Shown here: piece by piece, positions 50,701 through 62,700 of the stretch
How positions within the stretch are numbered: the stretch's first letter is position 1
How the letters are laid out: the number at the start of each line of letters is the position of its first letter
Assembly: GCA_964234715.1 (NCBI GenBank)
Contig: OZ174282.1
From: Podarcis melisellensis
Lineage: Eukaryota
Length of the DNA stretch: 64,000 nt
Reading direction: 5' to 3' (one strand)
Notes under the pieces: generated by a model
Database searches by the model: none
Told to the model about the DNA's origin: nothing
Seen by the model: only the letters and a program-made list of their open reading frames with translations
Translations under genes and position numbers: made by a program

Positions 50701-53700
50701 TTCCACCCTAGTCCAGCTTAATGTACTAACTTGAGTATCAGTAATACTCCCTAAAATAGACATACTTGATAGAAAACAATTATATACTAAGTTTTGTGGA
50801 GGTCATTGTGACTTACCTTTTTAGTGTGGAGGAATGTCGCAACATCATCACTCAGTTTGGTGTGGGAGAGGTCACTGCTGCCCAGGTTGCCAGAGTTTTG
50901 GGAATGATGGCTCGAACACACTCAGGATTGGCAGACGGCATTCCTTTGCAGGTGAGTGTCCTCTGTGTTGAGAGGTGTTGTAACTGAATATAACTTAAAC
51001 AGAACTACTGAATGATGTTTACACAGAAGATTTTGGAGCCGCTTAATTCCTATGATCTTGAGCAACAAGCATGACTGAAAGGTTAAATGACTTCCAGCAC
51101 TTCAGCATTTTATGCCAAATGCTGTTTAACAGCTCTGTGTAACCTGTTGGTGGTGGTGGGATTATAAGGGGACTTGGAAGTGCTGTGTCATAATATCCAA
51201 CTCTGTTTCTCTGTACCATCTTAATTCAGTGTGGCTGTGCAAGAAATGAACTGGTGCCTGGGTGCAGTGATGGGCTAGAGGGTGGCCAATAAACTGAGCT
51301 TGAAAGATGGAGGTTCTCCGGGTGGGCAGGAAATAGGTCAGTAGGGTGGGGTTGCGCTAAATCCATTGTTGTTACTCAAGGCTCAAGTGGCTTCAGTGGA
51401 TAGGAGTGCCTTCTGCCAGCTTCATTTGATATGACAGCTGTGGTCGTTCCTGGATCATGATAGATTGGCCATGATAGTTCATACACCACCCAATTGGATT
51501 GCTGCAGTGTGCCCTGCTTGTGGCTTTTCTTAAGGCATGTCTGGAAGTTGCTGCTGGTGCAGAATGCTGTAACAAGGTTGCAGGAGGGAGAATAATTTTG
51601 ACAACACCGTTGCTGAAAGGACTGCACTGGCTTCTGGTATGCTACTGAGCCAAGTTTAAGGGATTGTGGAAAAACTTGGGTCAGATTATCTAAGTCTCCC
51701 TTAACATGTGCCCCTGCCTGGTTGCGCCGTTCCTCGGGAGAGATAATCATAATAGTACTCCATGCTCCTGCTTTTTGTCCAATGTTCACAAAAAAGGGGT
51801 TTTGTTTTTAATTCTGTTTCTTACTGTTTGCTCATAAAGCCTTCCCCTCTATTTTATTGTTAAGGGACAAGCTTGACAGTGCATTATAGAATACAGTTTA
51901 AGTATTGCTGATCTGCAGTAATAAATGTGTTGCAATCGTAAAATTCAAACTCCACTCTGTCACTTGATCTACTAAATCCATCTACACAACCGACGTCACA
52001 GGAATTCTAAACCTACATGCTTAATTTACAGTCCATCTCTGCTCCTGGAAGTGGAATTTGGAGTGATGGAAGAGATAAAAATGATGGAACACAGTCCCAT
52101 ACCTGGAATGTGGAGGTTCTGATTGACGTGCTTAAAGAGCTGGTATGTTGATCGCAATCTGACCTTTTGAAGAAAAACTGAATGCCAGAAACTTAAGGGT
52201 TGTTTCATGTATGATAGATTTCCTGTAAGGATGTCACTTCTGTGAAAGAAACTGCATATGTTTGGTTATGTTTGAGCATGTATATATTTTGCCATTTGTG
52301 TATAGCTGGAAATGCTGAATGGTGGGTTCTGCTGCATTTGGTTGTAAAACATGTAGGTTAAACTTAGAAAAACTGATCAACAGTATTAAAAGGGAAGCTC
52401 TGTATACTGTATGTGTGGCTATTGGAGAAGACAAGCAAACATGATTTTAACCAGAGATGATTATAACCAGAGAGAGGTTCATTTGGTACTAGATTGTCAT
52501 CACTGTAACTAGGTCCCTGATGAACTGACAAGTCACTATTTTCTCAAAGGTCAACTGAGGATGACATAGCATGTGTGTTTTGAACAGCTATTCCTATGCA
52601 TGATTAGCATTAGTGCAGTGTCCCCTTGTTTGGCTCCATGCTTACATTGCAAATGATGTAAGATTTATTCTGCTTTGATCAGGACTTTGCAAGTGGTGCT
52701 GATTACAGATATGGTATCATTAAACCACACCTTTATTTGTTCTTTACTGGTGACAAATCCTTAGCAAGTATTTAGCAGTGTTTTAGTTCATTTAAGGGAC
52801 ACATATCCTCTGTTGTATTTAGTGTTTTTAAAATATATTTTCTATGTAGTACCCTGTTTTTAAAATGCTGTAAACTGCTCTGAGTGGTGCATAGGGACTA
52901 GAAAGATTGATAGACATTTCTGTGGGGGGGGGGAATATAAACACCTCATTCTGCATAATGCGTACAAGGACTCTTGAATGCTTGTGGGACCACTTTTTAC
53001 ATGATTACTAATTTTTTTAATGACTGACTTAAAATATATAATGACTATTCATCATTTTGACAACTCACATGAACCATATTAAAGGAAAAATTAACTGCAG
53101 AGTTATATTCACAGACTTACTATGGGGAATGTGCTAGAGTTCATGTTTTGCAAGTTGGAAGCCTGAGATTCAATCATTGGCAACTTTGCTTTAAAAATGG
53201 GTAAAGGGAATCGGGAAAACCCCATTTCCCCTCTGTGGTTGAGCTGTTGTCAAAAGTAGCAGTCAATATATGAGCTAGAGCTAGATGAGCTAATGTCCTG
53301 CATTACGAATTGTTTCTAAGTTGTATAAGGAGAAATGTGAAAGCATGCTCTTTATTTTTGCCTCCATAAGTTGCACCACTTTTTGTTTTACTCTTTGCAG
53401 AACCCAAATTTGAACTTCAAGGAAGTAACCTATGAACTTGACCACCCTGGATTTCAAATTCGTGATAGCAAAGGCTTACAGATTGTGGTATATGGTGTCC
53501 AGAGAGGGCTAGGGCTAGATGTCTTCCCAGTTGATCTCATATACAGACCTTGGAAACATGCAGAAGGACAGGTAAAAATCAAGGAGAAGATTTTTTTCAT
53601 GCTTTCTCTCTCACTCACTACCGCCACATTGGTTAAAAAGGTAGAGGGACCCCTGGCCATTAGGTCCAGTCCAGTCACGGACGACCCTGGCTCATCTTGC

Positions 53701-56700
53701 TTTGCTGGCCAAGGGAGCTGGCGTACAGCTTCCGGGTCATGTAGCCAGCATGACTAAGCTGCTTCTGGCGTACCAGAGCAGCACCCAGAAATACCGTTTA
53801 CCTTCCCACCAGAGTGTTACCTATTTATTTACTTGCACTTCGTGCTTTCGAACTGCTAGGTTGGCAGGAGCAGGGACCGAGCAACGGGAGCTCATAATTA
53901 CCATAGAACCTTTAAAAAATGTTCTTTCAGTTTTTTGTTGAATTTTGGCTTTGGGGCTCACTAAGACAACAGTTGCTATCAAGATGTGATACATCCTTTA
54001 ATACACTGCAATTACTGTAACAGGTAGTGATCAGACTATAGAAGACTGAATCTTAGAACTTTCAGAAAGTTATTTGGAAAAGCAATCATAATAGCATAAG
54101 TGTGAGAGGGAGGGGTGGTGATTGCTTAGGAGGAAGTGCATCAAGACAGTGTAACATGGATGTAGATATGAAATGTCTCTTACAGTTATGTAATTTTGTT
54201 GCAGCTCTCATTCATCCAGCATTCCCTCATTAATCCAGAGATCTTCTGTTTTGCTGACTACCCCTGCCATACTGTTGCCACGGATATTTTGAAAGCCCCT
54301 CCCGAGGATGACAATCGAGAAATTGCCACATGGTAAACAGTATTATTTTTCTTGGGAATATAGCTGCTTCAGCATTCTGAAATGATGAGCCAGAGTATTC
54401 ATGGTTGATATCCCTTTCTTGCTTTTCTGACAGCCTTTTGGAAAAAGGTTTTGAGTCACCAAGTGCTTCTCACTTGAGAGGATGTGTGTGCAGCAGGGAT
54501 GGCCCAGGGATTAGTTTAGCAGAGGGGTCACCCCCAGACACTGGCTGCATTTGCTAGTCTGTAAATAGTTGCATAGGTAATGAGAGCAACATGTTAAATT
54601 AGCCATGTGTATTAGGCTGCTGTGAACTAAACACTGATTATATTTTTGCTGTGGTCTGGTTTGTGAAGGTTGGATCTTGAATTCTAGGCAGGCCTTTGAA
54701 CTGTTCTGACCACTCTGCATGCTGCTTGAAGGAAGTTGACTTTGATACCTATTTCCCCAAGTTTGGTTATTTCAAATATTGTCAAGCGTAACAGAATTTA
54801 GAATTACCTCATTTGATACCCATGTTAGCTTGGTGTAACAGACATCAAGCCAGAATCCTGTCAACTGATTCACAATATTGCATCCCCCCCCCCTTATTTG
54901 TTAGGAAGAGCCTGGACTTGATTGAGTCCCTGTTGCGGTTGGCAGAAGTTGGCCAGTATGAGCAAGTTAAGCAGCTCTTCAGCTTCCCTATCAAGCACTG
55001 TCCAGATATGTTGGTATTGGCATTACTACAGATCAACACTTCCTGGCATACTTTGCGGCATGAACTCATCTCCACACTTATGCCCATTTTTCTTGGCAAC
55101 CATCCCAACTCTGCCATCATTCTGCATTATGCATGGCATGGGCAGGTAAGGGCATTACAATGGTTTTGTTTTGACAACAGAGTTTAAACTTGTCACTGTG
55201 TTATGCCCCTGAAAGAAGGGTGGGATAGAAATTTAATTGTTCTTTGCTCCATGAGAGTTGTCTTGGGTGTGAGGTGAATTTTGTTATGTACCTGTACTAT
55301 TTTTCAACTGTGAAGCTGTCCAGACAGCTTGACCTCAGTATGAATATACTTATGACTTCCAGATGTCCCTCATTTTAATCTGACCCAGGAACAGAGAGGG
55401 GTCAGTCCTATATTAGTGTTTGGGTGGCCTGTAGCACAGCTGGATTGGAATAAACACTGAGGTAGAGACTGGCAGTAGCAACCTCCTGTTCCTGTCCCTC
55501 TCCTTTCCCTAGTTAAAAGTTGTTTCATGCAGCAGTTGCATGTGCACTCTGTCTCTTGGAGAGACAGCACATATGTGCTATTGCCCCCCCCCCCCGCCAA
55601 GTTAAATTGTTACAGACCCTGCATTTATATGTAATATGACAACCTGCAGTTCTGTAACCTCAGGAAATCATATACCTTGCCTACCTGACCATGGAAATAA
55701 ATTGCTATGCTATTATGTATCAGCCACTTAATTGTTCTTCTTTTGTAGCTTGCCTCTGTAAATGCCTTTATGGAGAGATGGAGCATAAATGTGTTAAAAG
55801 TGGAGCCAATCTTTGACATCTCTGTTGTTATTACTGAAAGTTAAGGCAGTAAAGAGGAAAATGGGTTGGTGGTTTGATTTGTTATTGTAATCAGGCTCCA
55901 TCACATTTGCTGGTGGAGCAAAACACAGGGCCAAGCTGGCTGTATGGTAGGGGCAAGTTGTGGAGGCCCAAGGGTTGGAGGAGCAAGGTACCTAGAACTG
56001 AAAGTGGGGGGAGAAATAAGCTGAAACCCTCTCTTCTACCTGCTACTTTCGTTCTCATTGAATTGGAACCTGTGATTTCAGTGTTACAGAGCAGTAAGGG
56101 ACTTGCCATGTGCCGGTTTAATTGCTCTTTAAGAGCTAGATAATTTATGTAGTAATCTGAAATTCAGCTGATGTTTCCTTAGGGCCAGTCTCCTTCAATT
56201 CGCCAGCTCATCATGCATGCTATGGCAGAATGGTACATGCGAGGGGAACAGTATGACCAAGCAAAATTATCACGTATTCTAGACGTGGCCCAAGACTTGA
56301 AGGTGAGTTTGATTCTATATTTTAATTGTGTGGAAAGTGCTTTGACTTTAGTGTTGGGGTTGTGTGAGATGCAGGGTTTGGGAGTGGAGGAAAATAAGTA
56401 TCACATCAGACGACATGTTTATTCTAAGGACAGGAAGAGGTTATGTGTAGGAAGAGAAACTCATCTCTTTGCTTAATATGAAGCTGTGTTGCTAAATTTG
56501 TGACTTGCTAAAGTAATTTTTTCCATCTGCAGAGTTACTAAGATCCTGAGCTGTAGTTTTCTTTTTTGTTTTTATGATCTTGCATTAGAGCAACTCCAGA
56601 GATTCTTAAAAACTTGCAAAGTGTCACTGCCGTTGTATGTTTGCCTTTCCTCTTCATCAAGAAAGTGTGCAAGATTTTGGTGGCATTGAATATCATAACT

Positions 56701-59700
56701 CTATAGCTTTTACTAGACACTACTGGGTCAGCATTCATGTTATAACTCCCAAGGAGCCCAGGGTGGCAATTTGGTTAAGTTTGGTTCAGCACTACTGAAG
56801 GCCCATAATTATTTGCTTATTTCAAGCAAGGTGTGTTGTCACCAGAAGGTATCAGTGTATTGCCTCAAGGTCCATGGCTATGCAACCTCTTTTTCTTTGG
56901 AGTTTGTACAAGAGCCCTTGCAATTGAAATGAATAGAAGTCATGTATAGTGTATATTCCTCTGAAATTTAATGGGCAGGATAATGTTGGGTTTCCAGCAG
57001 TGATAGGAGCTCAAACCACCCATAAAAACTGCTCTCCCAAGCAGCCAGGTGGTGAGGTAGGGGTTGGTTCTCCGGTCTTCCTCCAGTCTTGCACAGGCAG
57101 TTTCTAGGCCTGTTCCACCCAAGCATAGAAAGAGCTGTAACTGCTGAAGGAGGGAAGAGTGCGGATAATGCGCACAGCCCACCCAGCTTTAATGGCCATG
57201 AGGGTGGTGAGGATTACTGTCAACAGGGTGCCTGTCACCTATAGATCAGAAAATAGGGAGAGAAGAATTACTTATGTCACTTTGCTGTGAAACCTTCCAC
57301 CCTCAATGGCTTTGCCTTGCCTGTGGTCTTCCATATATCCCCCCCCCCCTCAAATTCTTAGGTTGGAGGGGAAAGCAATGTGTCCAGTGTATTCTTCTCC
57401 CAGGAGGAGGAATTCCCACCCTGGAAGCTGCTTTGCTGGCTGCTGTCTCTGTCATGTTCTGTGTGACAGAAAAAAATGTTTGGAACTGAATAATATATAG
57501 ATATGGTGGGTGTGGGTGTATGTGTGTAGGCTAATTCTAAGGGAAGCGTAGCCTGATACTTTGACTAGCAGTTTTCTAACTCTCTTTCTTTAGGCGTTGT
57601 CAATGCTGCTAAATGGTACTCCATTTGCCTTTGTTATTGACCTTGCTGCACTTGCCTCTCGACGGGAATACCTCAAACTAGACAAATGGCTCACAGATAA
57701 AATTCGGGAGCATGGGGTAAAGCAGGATTTTCTTAATTATTTTTGCAATTTTTTTGGTGGTAACAGTCACTTCTTTTTATAAAAAATGTTTCCCTGCAGT
57801 TTATAAAAATTGCTTTCAGCATGCACTCTTGAGTGATAATGTTGAACTAATACCCAGTATTTTCTATATCATAATTCTGTTAACATTCTTGAACTATTGT
57901 TAAGTGTGTGTATCCCACTGAAATTTGCACTTTTCCTTCCCTAGGAGCCTTTCATCCAAGCCTGTATGACTTTCCTAAAGAGAAGGTGCCCCTCTATCTT
58001 AGGTGGCCTTGCCCCAGAGAAAGACCAGCCCAAAAGTGCTCAGCTTCCTCCAGAGACACTGGCAACTATGCTGGCTTGCCTGCAGGCTTGTGCTGGGTAA
58101 GCAGATCATATCTTCTGGGATAGGCCGACAGTCTCATAAATAGTGGTTAAGAAGGTGAATTTACAAACTGGGAACTTGGCTATGAGCTCACTAGGTGACC
58201 TTTGTGAGCTGCCATTTCTCAGTCACCTTCTCATCCTCCAGATCCTCTGTAGCACTGGCCTGTCTGGCAAGGTTGGTGTAAAGTTTGTACTGTGTCTGTT
58301 TGGGGAGTGCTTTGAGCATTTTGGAAAAGTACTAAATAAATCCTGTGTAAGTCATTCTAGTTACATTGGGGCCATTATTAGGAAGTATAAACTCAGGGCT
58401 TTGGCAAATGCAGCCTTTGGACAGAGGGTTTTGCCTTTGCCAATGTTCAGTGCTGTGTAATGAGTAGGATTTTGTATGTTTAGGTTGTACTTAAAAGCAT
58501 ATGTAGAAGAGTTGGAGATAACCCCGTAGGGCCATTTGTCACTTGTCTCTGGAGTTTGTAATACCTTGTTAGTTGGTTGGCAAGTTTGTCCTTCAGTTAA
58601 ATAAGGGGTCAATATATATATTGGCTGATCAGTTGAAACAAGCCAGGTGATAGTTTTTCTGGTCTTGGGAGGTTGGGGAGCTCTTTCCTCTGGTCTAGTT
58701 GGGACATTGTGTTCCAGGCAGTGCTAGTGCTATCCTAGTTCTAAAGACAGCTCTCTTAGCACCTAGATAAAAGGGGGGGGGGTTATTGGCAAGTAAAAAT
58801 CATTTCTTCTCCCATTAGAAGTGTGTCTCAAGAGCTGTCAGAAACTATTCTAACCATGGTAGCCAACTGCAGCAATGTCATGAACAAAGCCAGGCAGCCA
58901 CCACCTGGAGTTATGCCCAAAGGACGTCCACCAAGTGCTAGTAGCCTAGATGCCATCTCTCCTGTACAGGTACGTGGATGCTGATAGAAGCCAAAGTAGC
59001 ATAATAATGGGAGGTGCCTTTTTATATGTCTCTAAACTTACTTTTTTATTCATAATCAAATGTAATTCAAACATATTAATTGAAACCTTGCAGTTTAAGC
59101 ACCATCTTTGAACCTGACATGTCTTTTTCATGGCTTCTTGGGTCAAGCAATGGTGCTAGATTGTAAGGACTTGTTATAACTGGGGCTCCTCAGTTCTCAG
59201 CTGAGCTGCTCTTTTAAAAACAAGGCACATGCTAGTTGTTCACCACCACACACTGTCACTGCTTCTTCCAGGTTTAATAGGGAGGAAGACCTGGTTCTAG
59301 TAACTATATTCAGTGGTAGATATAATAGCCTTTCATGATTTACTTTCTAAAGATTTAATTTGGCACCATTCTGCAGACTAAAGATTAATTGAGCAGCTTT
59401 TCATTAATAAAAAGAAACTCTGTGATACTAACAAGCAAACAGTGACAGTAGCATTGTAAGGATTCTAAGCTTCTATAAGTTTCACAGAGCTTTTTGTAAA
59501 AGTTAACTCTTAAAGCTAAGTGGTTGCTTGGGCTCCAGAACAAACTATTACTGTGCAGACCAACCCCCAAAACCACAAGATGATGTCTAGTTTTAAAAAA
59601 TTATACAGAAATACCTTGCAATGCATGCGTTTTGAAGGTGGAGGATGCCTAATGGGTCTGAAAGAGTAGTCCCAAAGTGTAAGGAATTGATGTGTGGTCT

Positions 59701-62700
59701 TAACTGATTTTAGCAAGGCTGATCTGAATGAAGATTGATTGATATAGAAAATAACCCCTTGTCTCTTTTTGAATATTGATTTTATCTTCAGATTGATCCA
59801 CTTGCTGCTGGGATGGCATCTCTCAGCCTAGGTGGTTCAGCAGTTCCACACACACAGAGTATGCCAGGTTTTCCTCCAAACTTGAGTTCTGCTTTTAGTA
59901 CTCCACAGTCACCAGCAAAAGCATTTCCACCACTTTCCACACAAAACCAGAATACACCTTTTAGTGGGATTGGCGGACTCTCTTCACAGCTTCCAGGTAC
60001 TTTTGTGTAAAGGGGCTGGTGCTTATGGGAGGAATGTGGCTGCTTTTCCTATAATTCTGGCTGGGGGCAAGCACTTCAAATTGTATCCAACATAGCATAC
60101 TCAGTGTAAACCCATTGAAACCAATGGACTGAAATTAGTTGTGTGAATTAATTTCAGTGGGCTGAATGGAAGTACCATGTTGGCACTATTCAGGGTGGGA
60201 ACAGCAAAAAAGTTATAATGTCTGTCAGCACTTGTAAACATAACTGAAATGATAATTTTATTTTCCTCAGTAGGTGGTCTTACAACAGGTAGTCTGGGCA
60301 TAGGAACTGGGGCCCTTGGCCTCCCTGCAGTGAATAATGACCCATTTGTGCCAAGAAAACTGAGTACATCAGGACTGAACCAGCCTACATTCCAGCAGAG
60401 TAAGATGAAACCTTGTAAGTGGTAATGTTGTCTGATTGTGAAGTGTGACTGTGGATGTGCGGTAAATGTGAGTTTTCCCTCTAGGGTGGGGGCTGGCAGC
60501 GGTCTCTAAGGAGCCTTCTTTGCCCTCCCCAATATCTAGCCTTTCTCCCAGGAATCTTGGAGCATCTTATGTTGCGCTTCCAGACAGTCTCCCATTCTTG
60601 TGGTGACTAAATTAAAACCTGCTTGGCTTTACCATGCTAATCATGCTCCCAGCTACTGATGCCAAAAGCTTAACCTTGTACAGTTGTAGGTTCCAAGTAA
60701 TTTCAGGTTTAAACCAACACAGATCAAGTGGTTTATCAGGCTTCATGAACGAACAGCTTTCATGTGAGTACTTCATAGAATTATTCACAATTGTCCTCAA
60801 GACTAATCTTGTGATATTAGACTAGGAAAATGTCCCTCAGTTTGATGGGAAAGTGGCATTGTGTACATAGACTCTGCCACTTTTTAGTGACATTGCAATC
60901 TTGCCCAGAAATTGATTTTGGCCAGCTCATTGAATCTATGCTACTTTGTCTGTTAACCCTCGTTCACTCAAAGTGTACCTTTCGTGTCCTTTGGTGATTT
61001 TTTTCATCTTATGGGTGTTTGGGCTGTGGGGGTTGGGAAACTACTTTGAATCATGAAGATGACACATGGAATAGGCAGCATCTTTCAAATCTTGCTGCTG
61101 AATATTTCCCAGTAAACCAAACTGAGGCAATGGCCAGAAAATAGGTGAAAGATGTAGAAATATGCTAGCATTGGTATTAGGGTGGTGGTTTTTACAGGGT
61201 CAGCAAGGGGTTAGGTGGCCAGTTGAATGTGGAATGCTTGGTGTTTGGTGTCAGGAATAGATAAAAGGACTCTTCTGGGTAGGGAAGACTTAAGTAGCGA
61301 GAATGTACATCTACAGTTTGCAAGGCCATTATGTTTTGATAATCTTAGCTACCTGCAAACACCTTAATGTGAGCCTGTGGAACAGAGATGATTTCTAATC
61401 TCTTGCTTTGCCTGAAGAAGTTTGAAAGTGTACCTGCACATTAATGTTCAGCATGCTGTGAGTGCTTGTTGCATCCTGCCCAATACACTAATCTAGGGAT
61501 GAATGATACTTTAATTCTGCAGTCATTCAGATTTGCTTTCCTGGCTTCCAGAATAATCGCTAATAAAGAACAAATGTGTTCTCATAACTAAACCAGCCCT
61601 TTCCAACTAAAATTTTTGGTCTATATGCAGTCCCACATATGTGTTACATGCCTGAGCTAAACACAATTGAGAACCCTTTAGAGCTGTGCCACATTTTGGT
61701 GATGCAGACCTCGTTCTTTTCTGCTCAGTGCCTTCTTGACTGCTGCTGCAGCTTTTGGAGCTTGCTTCCTCCCATTTATACCAGAACTTGGCCCTATTTT
61801 TCCTTGCTTTGCCAAGCTTCAGCTTTATTTTTTTCTTCTCTCCTAGTGTATCCTCTTTTTAGTTGTTTCACAGTTTCTTCTCCTCTCACACCTACAGCAC
61901 AGCGAGCATTCTTCAAGAAATGCTGGGAAGATGGGTTTAATCTTCTATCTTTAGATGGAGGAAATGTTCCTGGGTGAACAACATTCTGTTGACTGTTGCC
62001 CAAGTTGTCATGAATTCATGGCAATAACCCTCTCTGCAATGCAGCAGTCTCCCATCGTGGAACTTCTTTCTTTCCTTATTGGGGTGGCTGTCCTCAACTT
62101 ACTATGCTTCCTGCCTTGCTCTTGCCAATACTCTCCCCCCCCCCACAAGTTCTTTCTCCAACTCCAATCACAATGATCAAGATTATGTGCACTTGATCCT
62201 TTGTTGTGATACACCTTGATCTGATTTGTCCTGCCTGCTGAAGGTGGTCTTGGTGTTTCATCTTAACTGGAACTTAGTTCTTTTTATCTTGTACCCAAAT
62301 CCCAACTCAACAACTTCCTTACTAGGTCTGCATGACTATCAGATTTTCTATAAAGTAGCTTGCTTGCTGTCGCTGTCAGTAATCTGTTCACATTTGACAT
62401 AGGAAGTAACTACATTCACAGCCTTGCAACCTTGCTTTCTGTGAAATGGTTACCCCTTTGATGTGCAAGTTTGAGTGGATGCTGTCGTTGAAAGGACTGT
62501 ACTTAACATATTGTTTTCCTGACAGTGCCTTTCCCACCCTGAGGTAAGACAGCTTGCTAGTCTCCATATGTGGGACCACACACTGATCATGAAGAAGAAA
62601 GATGGGTTGCTTATCTGTAACTGTAGCTCTTTGAGTGGTCATCTGTGCAGTCACACAGCTCACTTCTTTCTCCATCTGCTGATGCTCTTCTTTGGTCTCT

